From: Octopus bimaculoides
Lineage: Eukaryota
Assembly (NCBI RefSeq): GCF_001194135.2
Contig: NC_068993.1
Span: 34,724,058-34,788,057, forward strand
Direction: 5' to 3'
Length of the DNA stretch: 64,000 nucleotides
In this document: positions 37,219 to 50,436 of the stretch, in pieces
How the letters are laid out: each line of letters starts with the position of its first letter
Numbering within the stretch: position 1 is the stretch's first letter
Translations under genes and position numbers: made by a program
The notes under the pieces: generated by a model
The model's database searches: none
What the model saw: only the letters and a program-made list of their open reading frames with translations
Told to the model about the DNA's origin: nothing

Positions 37219-38884
37219 GAACGCCCAGGGGCCACATACCAACCAGGTGTCGCTGCCACGATATATAGAGTATCAGTATCTGTTAATATACCGATAACAC
37301 AAACAGCCGCCAAGCTTTAATTTTTTATAACCATTTATACCAGTTGCTATAAATAGTTAGCTGAAAAATCTCCTAGGGGAAGCCAATAAATTCAAATTAA
37401 ATAAATCAATCGATCTATATTATGAGCAACTGTTCCAGGATAATTGTCATGAACTAAAACATTTAGGGATAATGCCGCTCCGAAAATAACATCGCGAAGT
37501 AATTTTGAATAAGATGATGGATATGATCGTGCACAGAAGTGAACACTGTGTTGAAAGTATATATGCAATTTGTGCGTGTATATGCATGAGTGCGTGTGTA
37601 TTCATATGCAATTTATTTCGCATTAACATAAGAGAGTTGGGTGTACATAATAAAGCTACGAATATACAAGCTAGTCAGCATTCAGAAGTATTTATACAGA
37701 GTGCGCATGCATCTCTGACATAACGATTCATGAAATACGTGCTTTCAATGGAGACTACCTGTAAAAGAATGAAGTTGCTCTCTGGTTACTACAGGAGTAG
37801 TATGCCTTATTGGTTGATGACAGACTACGAATATGATGCCTTATTCTTTTAGTATAGTGTTGTTGCTTGGATATTTGTTGGCTGGTTTGTGGTGATGATT
37901 TGTTTCGTTGATGACAGAAAACATGTTTCTTGGGTTGTATAAAAAAGTAACCAAACAACACCCGCGAATATTGAACAAAAGATTTATTCATCGCACATGA
38001 AGTGAAATTGCGTTGATCTGTTACAGATAACAACAGCGATAATTACATACTGAGGGAGAAGAAAAAACCGTCCTGCTTTCGAAGAAGTTACTTATGAGAC
38101 ATTGCATGAGTTTTTACTTCAGCCTATCCAAGAACATGGAGATGTCTGAGCAAATATCTGGAACCGTCTGATGTGGCAAGAATGGGGGCTCATACAGCTA
38201 AGTTGCCTTAACATACTGCAATTAATTACCGCCAAAAGCGACCTTTTATATGACACAAGAAGAAGATTCTAGAAAATTGAATCACACGATGACTCGACAC
38301 TGATTGGTTACTTAGACCGATCACGTGGAGCTGTCATGATGTTTGACCAATGATATAGGGATTCGGTTTTCAATCCCTGCTACAGTATGTAGGTACTATT
38401 TATTAAATGAATGTGACTTTGTGGAAGAGAGAATGTTCAGAAAGCATATGTTAAAATGGCTGGCAAGCGGTATCTAGGTTACTAGGTTGTAGTGTCTGGC
38501 TGACGCGCTATGCCGCTGTCACACTGCTGGTTGCAAGGTCGCCTTGACTGCATAAGTGTCTAGCAACTAAAAAGCGTCACCACTGAGCTGGTGTCGAGCA
38601 AGGCTTTTAGTCATTGACAGACTACAGGCAGCAAGAACTGCTAGATATGTCACTGCTAAAGGCGATTCAATATGTCAATCCATATAGAACTGATCAGTTG
38701 TTCATTGGATGGGAATTCAATTAAATTGATTCAACCATCGACTATAATAAACAAGAGATGCATGTTCGAATCAGCATAAAATATACTTGAAGATATTCAG
38801 GAGAGATTCAGTACATATGTGTGTATATGTAACATGTGCATGCATGTGTGTCTACATACATGTCTATATATGTAATGGTACAAC

Positions 38885-39590
38885 TCGCTGAGGTTGACTT
38901 TGCTTTTCATCCGTCAGGGGTTGAAAAAAAAAGTACCAATCAAGCACTGGGATCGATGTAATGGACTAGTACCCTTCCACAAAATCTGAGGTCCTGTACC
39001 TATAATAGAAAGGATTGTTGTTACTATTATTACTATGCAGAGACCTGGCAGAATCGTTAACATGCTAAAGGCAGCGAGCTGGCAGAAATGTTAGCACGCT
39101 GAGCGAAATGTTTAGCAATATTTTGTCTGCTGTTACGTTCTGAGTTCAATTCCGCCGAGGTCGACTTTGCCTTTCATCCTTTCGGGGTCGATAAATAAAG
39201 TACCAGTTACGCACTAGGGTCGATGTAATCGACTTAATCCCTTTGCATGTCCCTATTTGTCCCCACTATGTTTAGCCCCTTGTGGGCAATAAAGAAATAA
39301 GAAACGTTAGCTTAGCGATATTTCGTCTGTCTTTACGTTCTGAGTTCAAATGTCCTTTATCCTTTCGGGTGTCGATACATTAAGTACCAGTTGCGTACTG
39401 GGGTCGATCTAATCGACTGGCTCCCTCCCCAAACATTTCGGGCCTTGTGCCTAGAGGAGAAAAGAATCGTTAACATGCTGGACAAAGTACTCAGTGGCAC
39501 GTCTTCTGGATTTATGTTCTGAGTTCAAATTCTGCTGAGGTCAACTTTGCCTTCCATCCTTTCAGGGTCGATATAATAAGTACCTTTTAA
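38885..39590 (+). mobile_element. Array of tandem/nested SINE family A copies (tail 1 and tail 2 types)
   Basis: Copies at 38885-39015, 39067-39300 (tail 2), 39301-39464 (tail 1) and an outer copy 39040-39066 + 39463-39590; 17-bp duplication agaatcgttaacatgct at 39050-39066 and 39463-39479. Confidence 0.85.
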
Positions 39591-39839
39591 GCGAATGTAA
39601 TCCTGAGTTTATTCTTAATGTTTCGAAAGTTAACTCCTTTCCTCCGCCAAAGTTGCTAATAATTGCCCTTCTCTAAGAAGAAAAATGTAATGAATTTAGC
39701 ATATAATATATACGGCATTCAGTTCACTCCCGATTTTGCTTCTCAAAATTCATGCTACAGTCATTTTTGAGTTATTTTATTTTAGTCTTCTTTCAGCTAG
39801 AATTTGGATGCAGAAACATATCACATACACGCCCCCACG

Positions 39840-39848
39840 ACACACACA

Positions 39849-39931
<83 letters not shown>
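39840..39931. repeat. (CA)n microsatellite
   Basis: Direct reading. Confidence 0.95.
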
Positions 39932-39934
<3 letters not shown>

Positions 39935-40284
39935 TTCTAGTATGGATTTCATCATTAAAACATTAATGTTAAACTAATAAATTTTTAACGGTTTTCCGTT
40001 AAATTTGAAATGCATCATAAGAATTATAGATGTATTGGGTTTGAATTCATTTAAATGAGACCTTAATGAGAAATAAATCGTGGCAAAATGTAATTAAGAA
40101 TCGTTATTGGTAGACTGGAAATAAAGATTACTTCAATTTACCAGACACACTCGCTTGTTTTCAAAATCTCTTTCTACCCTTATGAATATCTATGGAAAAG
40201 TTAAATTTAACGATTTCTGGTTTCACCTTGTTTTTAAACTTACTGCGAGCAATTGAAACAACAAGTAAGCCTCTTCATGATGGC

Positions 40285-40480
40285 TGAATCTGCAAGAAAC
40301 AGCGACCAAATGGCCTCCAGTCAACACTGTTATCTTAATAAAGGGTGTAGAGACATAATAAGCATTATAGTACTAGTTACAAGATAGATAAAAGAAGGAA
40401 TTACCACCGTTAGATTGCCTTTGATCACGTTTACCCCATCAGGAATGCCAAGGGCTAAAATAACAACAACAATAGTAACA
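40285..40480. mobile_element. Interspersed SINE-like family E, diverged (ends ggctaaa-(AAC)n)
   Basis: Similar to 61000-61215 and, inverted, 60465-60670. Confidence 0.5.
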
Positions 40481-42426
40481 ACAACAACTGTAATTTAGGC
40501 TCAAGGTCAGCAATTTTGAGGACCTAGTCGATACCATCGACTTAGGCAACTGCTTGGCACTTTTATTTTATCGAGCCTGAAGGGATGAATGTCAAATTTC
40601 AACGAGCAAGAATTGAACTCAACATATAGAATCGGGAGGAATGCTGCCAAAGCATTAGTAACAACTTACAACAACGCTTTTCTAATACGGTTACAATGCT
40701 TCTTACCTTTATTGTATACGATCAACAGACAAATAAAATAAACTGTTACTTCCTTATGAATTCATTAATCTACATTAATATAAATGGCAGTACCGGTTGT
40801 GCAGATGGTTAATGTAAAAGGTCTTTTGTACTATAAAAACATAAAATTCATTGACCTTATTATATTCAATAGTAATTGTTTCATTTATGATAAGATACAA
40901 GATGGACGAAAATACATGCTCTCTGAACAGAGTCAGTAATCTAGTTTCGATTCCATGAGGAGAAAAATTCACTTCCATTATTATGTAGTTAACAGTCTGA
41001 AGAACAGCAAAATGATTGTACGATCTTTTGTATGTTTGTATCATTGTGTCTTGAAAACATTTCTCTGGCTGTGTATTCTTAAGAATAAGAGATAACTTGA
41101 AATACTGAATAGCAATCAGAAGTAAAAGAAAACAAACTACCCCCTGTAAAAGATAAAAATCTTTTATACCAATGATCCTGCCGAGGCACAACAAAACAAA
41201 TCACTATTTTTATAATAAAAAGGAAAGAAAAAATAAGTTATTAAGAAAGGTAAGTCGTTGGATAAACACAAGCACGAATTAGTTTTGAATCTTAATAAAT
41301 GATTTCACTTAATTTAGATAATTAATATCATGACAAGATCCTAGTAAGCTTTTACTTACTCCTATCGAGTAAGTAATGTCAAGGATATTAGAGACCAATT
41401 AAAAACGTTTCTACTTAGACACGAGAGACTTATACATTGAGTCACGTGAAAACATTTGTAACGTTCAAACCTACAGTGCAGTATAATTTTCAATTAGAAT
41501 AAAATCAAGACAAATACTACAGGAATTTATGCATTATTCATTTATTTATTTTCTTCGGGATGAGAAAGACATAAAAGAGAAGAAAATGCATGAGTGTATA
41601 CCAGTATTATAAAGTGCAATGCAGCATTTACATTCAATAGTAATTATTTCTTTGCTAGTGAGGAGCGCTAAGAAGAAAATGCCAGCTCTCGCTGCTTAGT
41701 AACGACGTCTTTTGTCATGAAGATTTGGCATTGTATTCGAAGCTGGGCTAAAATCTATTGTGTTTATATGTATAAAGATATATTCATGATGTAAAGTGCA
41801 ATGTTGACAATTACATGAGAAATGCAAGTAAATAGGATTTGTTTTCTTTTACTTTCAGATTCAATAGAAACAAGTAGTCTTATACTACGATAAATTACAA
41901 AATAAACTTATAGATTTGAAACGGAACAGCACTGTAAATCAACTGAAATTAAATATATTATATTGCATTGTCATAAACGACGGTCTTTTATGTATACGAT
42001 CTCAGCTTGTACACTAAATGAGAGACCAGTGAACTGATTTCAAAGTTCGTTCAGATAGGGAAGCTTAAAAAGAACTGGAGACTGAAACTAGTCTTGTTGA
42101 AATTTCCTTTGTGTTTACAGTGAGAGAGTGTCAAAAAAGACAGTAGTTGTACCTGTATAGTATATTTGGTTGATCTTTAATTCATATACACTCGGAGTGG
42201 TGACGCAAATCTATAGATTTATTCTGTAGTATACTATAAAATGATTGCGTCAGTAATTCATTTAAAGAATTACGTATATCTACGAACGTTGTCTCTGTAA
42301 TCTAGAATCTAGTCATTTAGTTAGAAATAAACGTATTATAAACTGTATTTTAAGAACCAGCTGAACACTAGCGTAATTGACTCAGCCTTTCCTGTAAAAT
42401 AGCTATTTTTATTACCATTATTAAGT

Positions 42427-42938
42427 GAGAGAGCAGTGCATGCCATCAAAATGACACTGGGGTAAAATATACGAAGCCCACTCTACCCATCATGACTACT
42501 CGTCTGATAAGGGTACATGCATCGCAACCATATGTGTGCGAGAAGGTGATCTTATGTCAAGATAAACAGCGCATGTTCTTGCAGATATGGCCCAGTTAGG
42601 ATTTTCTTCGGGTTGCCCATCCCACTTAAATGGTCCCTAAGTAAGAGTTGTTTAAGGATGTCGAATGCAACACCCAAGTTTCCAGAAATGAATTAACCAA
42701 ACTCCAAAGACTTCCTCTCAACACATGGCTATGATGCTCCCCCACTACTTCTGCTTGTGATCAGAGATGCACATATTGTCAGACAGTAAGGGACAAGCTT
42801 AACTGATTAAGGTCAAACAACTGACAAACAAATCTGTGGTATTGAGCAGAATATTTGCTGTAGCCCATCTTTTATTCCAAAGCAAAGCATGTACATGTGA
42901 TCAGAAGCCATGAGAGCCACTGCCTGGTACTGCATCAG

Positions 42939-42940
<2 letters not shown>
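42427..42940. mobile_element. Interspersed repeat family C, copy 2, flanked by (TTA)n
   Basis: Colinear with 29240-29775, with a small internal deletion near the end. Confidence 0.85.
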
Positions 42941-42975
<35 letters not shown>

Positions 42976-42976
<1 letters not shown>

Positions 42977-45240
42977 TTAATTGACTTTTTGCTTTGTACT
43001 TGTACAAGCTGGCTACAAGTCTCACCCAGAGACCTCAAGAGATTACAAGTTACAAGTTCAAATTGTTGTTATGCCTCGGGTATCATATATTTGGTTATGC
43101 ACATAGTATTGTTCCAGAGAATATTTAAGAAAACATAAGAAAATTATAAGTTTGTTTTAAAATTTGAGATTACACAGACAGTATTTTACATAGGATATGA
43201 GCAGTTCCTAAGAGCACTATCTTTTGAATTTCTGCCATTTGGGGATTTCTTGGTATCTGAGCTAGGTAGAAATCAGCCCCTTTTGCTATCATTCCTAGGG
43301 CACCTATGACAACAAGTATTGTTTTAACTTTGAGGTTCCACATGTTGCCAATTTCTATTTCAAGATCCTTGTACTTGCTCAGTTTTTGGTAGGTCTTGGC
43401 AGATACATTTATGTCGATTAGGACATATCAATGAGGTGGCATGATTTTTGTCTGAAGTCTTTCAATATAATCTCTAGCTGGTCTTTACAACCATTGGACC
43501 CACGTTTAAATCCTTTTTCTCATTCAGTCAGGACAGATGTTAGCGTTTTATATTGTTAAGCAGGTTATGGGTCTATAATTTTTTGGTTCATTTCTTTCTT
43601 CATTTTTGGAAGTAGGAATGTAACTAGCCAAGAAGGAATCATACTAGGTTGTTGCAAAACATTGTTGTAAAGTTTTGTTAGCTCTTCATGACTCTCTGGG
43701 AAGGCATTCAACCAGAAATTAGGAATTTTGTCCTTTCCTTGAGACTTCCATTTACTTGACTCCTTGAGAGCAGATCATACATCCTCTACCTTGATACTCT
43801 CCCACTCTTGCTCTTTTAAGGAGTCTAAGTCAGCAGATATTCTATCTATCCATTTTATTGTGTGTTTTTTGTTCTGCCCAAATTTTATTCCAAAATTCCT
43901 GTACTCCTTTTGGTGAGACAGATTTTTCTGTAACTGGTATTTTCCCTATATTCTTGTATCAATGTTTGGATTAATTTTGAACATTTTGTTGTCCTTGAAG
44001 AATCTAACGCACTTTTCATACTGTGCTATGCGGGCAGCTTTAGCACATTCCTTTTTCTTGAAAGTTTCTATGGTGGTATCGATGTCAAGCATGGGTTTCA
44101 TATTATACTTTTTCTTTAATTCTCGAATTTTTGTTGGTTTGATACTCTTGTCAAACTTCAGGCTTTTTAAATATTGTATGTCAGACCTAAGTAGCTGAAT
44201 TTGGTGTTGAATACGCTCTTTCCAAGAAGGCTTTTTGTGGGAATGTTGTCGCTTTCTAATCTTTTCACCACATAGAATCATTGAGATTTTCACGGATGCA
44301 TAGTACAGGTGGCTGAGATCTGTATTATCAGCATCATTAGCAAAAATTATATCCTTAAGTGCAAAGCGGATTTTACCAATTACTTTCAGGTTTTGGTTAG
44401 AGTTGCGAACTTTTGGGAAAGTGTCACATTCATTCATACCAGTTTTCCTTAATTTTCAGCCATTCAATTATCATTTAATTGTTTAGATCATTTAGTTCGG
44501 TTGGGTCAATTTCTGTGTCACTTTCTTCATCTATTTGATTTTCATCTGCCTTGGTGTCAATGGATGTTTCAGAGAGTATTTCACTTTGCTTATCAGTTAC
44601 ATTAGCTCTTTCTATCATAACTGCATTTTCATCAGACCTGAGCAGGTCTATAGTTATTTCCTCTGTAGTATCTTCTTTAGCTGCAATTTCGTTCCCTTTT
44701 TTCCTTACTGATTGTTTAATTTGGTCATAATGTTTCTTCTGGCGTTGGCAAATTTGTTACTGTCTATGTAGGGTCTTAGTTCAAGGAGCTTATATCTCCA
44801 GTTCAGTATGAGATTTATTTGTAAGGAAATATATGGCATGATAGAAGACCTTAATAACTTCTTTATTATCTCCCCTAGACCATTCTTCGTTGTTTTTTTT
44901 AGGGGGAGTTGACGACGAGCTTGGATAGTGATCTGTTGGAGTATTCCGGTTGTGGGGTACTTCCAGCTCCTGTGTATCAGGAAGATTTGAACCAGTAGCT
45001 GAGTTTTCGTACTCAGCCTGGTTCCTCACTGGGGTACGCGGCCCTTGTTGATGCGGGTGACGGCGATTCGGTTTGTATTTTGCTTTGTTATCACTGAGGC
45101 ATGACGAGCTTTGATGTTGATATTAGGGGACGATCTGTCTGTTTAGAGCCAAGTTTTTGAGACAAAACCGCCTCCGAGTTCTCTGAATGAAAACATTGCT
45201 CTTAACGTAGCTTCTTAAGGCTAACAGATCTGTATTCATC
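42976..45240 (-). mobile_element. R4/Dong clade LINE relic with N-terminal region, RT domain 0-2 fused to the RLE domain (RT core deleted), 3' UTR ending in (AAT)n
   Basis: KPSWKERIQHQIQLLRSDI...AKAARIAQYEK (N-terminal); WKSQGKDKIPNFWLNAF (RT0); KGFKRGSNGCKDQL|EIILKDFRQKSCHLIDM...KLSKYKDLEIEI...IGALG...QKIVLLGTAHIL (RLE). Confidence 0.88.
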
Positions 45241-45756
45241 TGTATTTATTTTTTTTGTTGATAGATTTATCTCCGGGCATAGTTTTTTGTGGTATTTTTA
45301 AACTTATGAATTGTTGACTCTGTCTGCGTTAAATCAAACAATAAAAAAATTAAAAATTGTTTTGTTATATTTTTTATTTCGTTTGTGAAATTTCACGTAG
45401 TTGTGCAAACATTGGAATGTATATGTAGTCCTATGGGTACTAAAATGCATATATTGTTGTGTAAACATTCGAGTGTATGTGTAATTAATCAAGCTACGTA
45501 CTTACTGTTTTGTTCCACTTATATTTTATAATTTGTAAACTTTCCGATGTTGATTTCGCGTGTGTCTTTCGCATATGTTTCACTGAGACATCGTTCATGG
45601 CAGAAATTCTGCTTTGTATGGCAGTGAAATTTCCTTTTTGTGATTATTTTCGTTAAAAGGCCGCTTCCTCCAAGTCTTCTAATGGCTCCTTTATCCCATT
45701 CTACCGATGTTATTATATTAGATTTGTTTTTGAATGGCGATCACGGTGTAGCACAT

Positions 45757-45893
<137 letters not shown>

Positions 45894-45894
45894 T

Positions 45895-46400
45895 TCATGC
45901 TATACACGAATGTTTTACATCCGGAATCAATATCCTTGATACCATGTCGCGACAAGTTTCCTTAAATATTGAGGATCTTTCTTACAATAGTGCTGATTTC
46001 TGTATTAATGCATTAATGCAACTTCTTGTAGTTACAGCAATCTCAACAAGAGAGCTATTCATTCTGTTGGTGGCGGTACCTTTAACAACTGGGATGACTT
46101 TTGTAGAAATTTTCCACAGTCGTCGTATTTCCCTAGCCAAATCCTGGTATTTTCCTATTTTCTCCTGTTCTTTAACTTCTGTATTCATGTCCTCAGGTAT
46201 AGCCACATCTATGACGGTGCACTGCTTTCTTACTTTGTCAAGAACCATAATATCTGATCTCCTGGTATGAATTCTGAGATCAGTCTGCACGTTAAAATCC
46301 GATAAGATCTTCTATTATCCGTTTTTAATTACACTTTCTGGTTCATGGTCTTACCATCTTCCTACTTTAAATCCTCTTTGCCGTATCATGCCAACAAAGA
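45895..46400 (-). mobile_element. R4/Dong clade LINE 3' fragment (RLE domain) ending in (ACT)n(AAT)n
   Basis: DHEPESVI...KILSDFNVQTDLRIHTRRSDIMVLDKVRKQCTVIDVAIPED...EQEKIGKYQDLAREIRRLWK...IQKSALL. Confidence 0.88.
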
Positions 46401-46569
46401 GCTTCTATGGTGATCATTTGGCCCTGTAGAAATAACATAAATTTCCTTCCATCGCAACCTACCATTTTAAAAGTGATTATATCTAATGCTATATTAGATA
46501 TTGTTGTTTTAATATACGATAACTGAATAAAAACAGAAAAGGATCACGGTTGACCTGAAGTTAAATAAT

Positions 46570-46778
46570 CTTTTCTACTCTAGGCATAAGGTCCGAAATT
46601 TTGGGGGAGGGCTCAAGTCGATTAGATCGACCTCAGTACGCAACTGGTAGTTAATTTATCGACCCCAAAAGGATAAAAGGCAAAGCCAACCTCAGTGGCA
46701 TTTGAACGTAAAGACAAACGAAATACCTCTAAGCATTTCGCCCGGCGTTCTAACGTTTCTGCCACCGCACCGCCAAGC
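46570..46778 (-). mobile_element. SINE family A (tail 1), full length
   Basis: cttttctactctaggcataaggtccgaaatt...aagcatttcgcccggcgttctaacgtttctgcca. Confidence 0.9.
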
Positions 46779-46899
46779 TAAATAATAACAACAACTAGAA
46801 TGTGAAAGTTAAATAACGTAATTTGTTTAAATTCACATAGGTACAGGTAACTTCTGAAATTACACATACACGCACATACATATACATACATACGTACGA

Positions 46900-49205
46900 G
46901 GGATTAACAGCATCGAATGCTTTGCTCAAATCAACACAGCAGTAGTATAGAGCAAGATTCTGTTCAATGCACTTTTCTTGTAATTGTCTGATAGTAAAGA
47001 TACAATCAGCTGTGCCCCTGGAGGAATGAAAACCACACTGAGACTCAGACACTATATTTGGAACTATGAAGGTATTTAAACGTTCTAACAAAATGCGGGC
47101 AAGTGCCTTTCCAACTACAGACAAAAGCGAAATACCACGAAAATGACCACACAGATCCTTTGGCTCCGATTTATACAAGAAAGCTAAAATGGCATCAAAC
47201 TCAATCTTGAGGCACTTTCTCAGTTCTCCAACAGTAACAAATTAATATATTTAAGAGTTCAAATATTTTGTCACCCCTATATTTCAAAACTTCTGCACAG
47301 ATTCCATCAGACCCTGGAGACTTATTGCTATTCAACTTATTCACAGCTAAATAAATGTCATTTAGAGTTGGTTCAAATGTCATCTTTTCTATAACTGGAA
47401 AGTGATCGATTTTTTCTATCGCTCTCATGTCAGTGGATGATGGTCTTTTCAAAAGTGCAGAAAAATGTTCTACCCAGCGCTTGTGAAAAGAAGCAGTGGC
47501 AGTCAGAAGCAAACGTCTATTTGCTGTTGTCGCTGGAGCTATTAAAGAAGATTTGGGGCCATATTCCTCCTTAACATAAGAGTATCAGCTGCTTCACGTC
47601 CCCCTTTTGCTCTATCATTCGACTATTCCTGTTTAATTTTCCTTAGAGCAGTCTGCACTTTCCTTTTCAGCTTTTGTTTGACTTGGGGTTCAAGGACTGA
47701 GAAAGAAGTGCATTGCCTAAGTTCTGTTTTTCTAAAAGTAGATCAAGAATTTTTGCTGATCTACCTGAGAACCAGTCACTGGACGTATGTGATTTAAATC
47801 CCACTGGCGAACTTGCAGCCTGAAATACTTTTGTTTTGAACTCTTCCCATAGATTGTTTGGGTCAAGTCTGATACTTTCTATTGCATATTGGAATCTTTG
47901 AATGTTGATTGATAATTTAAAGCTTGCAACATTTACCCTTTTGGATACCTTAGGACCAGACTGTCGATTTTCAGGCATTATCGAAAAATCTTTTTTCCAC
48001 GCAGTAGACGATGGTTAGTCCGGCTCTCTGCTCCTCTCATGGCCCGAATGGTAGAAACGTCTTTCATATCACGTCTTCTGATCGGAATATAATCTATGAG
48101 ATGCAAGGCTTAGATCTTGGGTGCATCCAGGTGGTTTTATATTTATTTTTCTGCTTAAACAGTGTTAAACAGATTATTCTCAGTATAAAACGTCAAAAGA
48201 GCTACTCCGTTTTTATTACATTTTCCAATCTCATGTCGACCTAAAACAGGCCATGAAACGTAGTCCTTTCCAACTCTTGCATTGACACCTCCGAATATGA
48301 CCAGCATGTCAGAAATTGGTACTTTCCTCAATAATTGTGCTATATCATCATAAAACTGTCCTACAGTTTCATCAGAATGGGACATTCTTGGTGCATAAAT
48401 ACCGACAACGGTAAGAAACCTACATTTTGGTAGTTTACTACGGCATGACATGGTTCGTTCAGATATATCACTAGGAAGCACTGCAATGGAGGATACTAAT
48501 GTATTCTTGAGAGAAAACGCAATACCAGATTCTCTACGCTGACCCTTAGGTATGCCTCTCTAAAAGATAGTGTATCCATAAGTAGGTTCATTTACTTGAC
48601 CATCACCAGAGAGACGAGTTTCGGAGAGCGCATCTATATCAAGGGAATATTTCATAAGCTCACATGCAATAAGTGCAGTACGCCTTTTTGGCCTCTTGTT
48701 GAAATTATCATCAAGAAGTGTGCGCACATTCGAACAGCCAAAATTCAAAGGATGTCTATTTTTACTTCTTGAAGATTGTTTGACTACAGTGGCAGGATGA
48801 CGTCTGGACCAAGTCTCTGATATACTGGGACAAATGCCGAGCCAGACCTGTTCCCCTGACGTTCCCAACCCTTTTTCTTTTTTTTTTTATTTGCTATTTA
48901 CTGAATCTGTTTGAGACACTCTAGAGTAAGTTACAAGTGCATTTTTAGGTTTCTGCCAACCAACCAATCCAATGATTTTACTAAGACTTGGTGTACAGGA
49001 ATTATCTGTGCAGATGAATAATTTTCAGTGGGTGTAGCTTGCACTGCAATACCCCACCTATTGGCCCAAGAAGACTTTCGACGGTGTGACATGAAAATTG
49101 ACAAAACCAGGAACTTCCAAGGCCTCAGGTTTTATTTCGGAGATTTTCTTCTCCTAGGTAGATTACCAACAAGGGTTAAAGGGCTGCTACCTGCCCATAG
49201 GGTAA
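46900..49205 (-). mobile_element. RTE-BovB clade LINE relic: 5' UTR, APE endonuclease, RT domains 0-3; 3' truncated
   Basis: CSNVRTLLD..RPKRRTALIACEL..DIDALSETRL; KSPGSDGICAE; RGISLLSVVGKALARIL; ESQCGF..RGTADCIFTIRQLQEKC; VDLSKAFDAV, then runs into a microsatellite. The 5' UTR motif cctaggagaag...ctccga.ataaaacc is shared with the 24085 copy. Confidence 0.92.
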
Positions 49206-50212
49206 GCTAANNNNNNNNNNTATATATATAATAGGTGTTTAAGAAACTAGAAATCAGAAACTCATCCGAGTGTGTGAGCATGTATAAACATATTTTTTCC
49301 TGTGTATCATATTCTACAGATTTGGATAATGTATTAACATTTATCTTCTTTTTAATTCGGCTTAATTGTTTACATTTTCTTAATACCCTATTTTACCAAA
49401 TTTTTGCCTTCATATGGGGAATTACATTTTGTCCCAATTCAGTTCTTTGCTACATTATTTGTGCTACTCCATGTAGCGTTGAAAACCCATTTCATATTTA
49501 GAAATATCTTGGCTTCAACGATTACATGAACTAACTGCGTACGTACGTTTTTAAAAGTGTTTTTGAACTTATTAATGTATTAATATACATATAATGCGTA
49601 TTAATTATATAGCTTATAACTGACTGACAAAAACGCATAAGGATTACTGGCTGTAATACCTATGACCGTAAATCTACTTGGTGCAGGCTGACCTCGGGTT
49701 AAAAAACAATGAAAGCATTTGCTTAGAAGTGGGTTGATTTAGGTGATGAAATTACCTTTGCCAATCAAATAATTTTATAGCTAAACATAAATAGTTTTTA
49801 TTAGCACATAATATTTAAAGAACCTTCTTTAATGAGTCAACTTCAGAGGATGATTTTATTGTTATCAAACAACTTTTCTAACACAAACTTTAAATGTTTG
49901 AATTGAACTTCGTAAATTTCAATAATCTACAAACATTGTTTTCACATATGCTTCTTTTATACATGCATCTATATTTATCAGTAGTTGCAACGTGTCACGT
50001 TGGTATGGCAATAAAATTTTGCAGTTGTCATCAGTTGCTAACCCAAGTAATGATGTTATATTTTGTCTTTGTTCAAGACACAACAGTCAGGCAAACCTGT
50101 TTGTAATTATGTTCCATCAGTAAGCACAGCTCTCCTTTGTGATCAACAGTAATAGCATAATTTACCAATGAAAAGTGTAATAGTTAACTTCTTAACTCAG
50201 ACTACTAGTCGT

Positions 50213-50436
50213 CTTAAATTCTCAACCGGGATCGCTGTGCTCAAAATATTTTAATGCACAAAATAATTTTAACAATGCACAAAATATTTTAACAAATTTT
50301 TTTATACAATTTTTAATAATATTTTATTACAAAAATATGATGTGATTTTTTTAAAACACTGAATGGCTATGAGAGTCCAGTACAATAAAATAGATGTCAA
50401 ACTGGTTCAAAGGCAAAAAATGGTTGAGAACCTCTG
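50213..50436. mobile_element. hAT-like MITE remnant
   Basis: Right TIR ggttgagaacctctg (50422-50436); left partial ttctcaacc (50219-50227); resembles CAGTGGTTCTCAACC hAT termini. Confidence 0.45.

Noticed and set aside
38290-38355. Two oppositely oriented CCAAT boxes around a CACGTG
   Set aside because: Spacing does not match ERSE (CCAAT-N9-CCACG), and there is no nearby TATA or exon; insufficient support.
40775-41194. 139-aa minus-strand ORF in AT-rich DNA
   Set aside because: Non-ATG start, no recognisable motif and no splice context; treated as chance.
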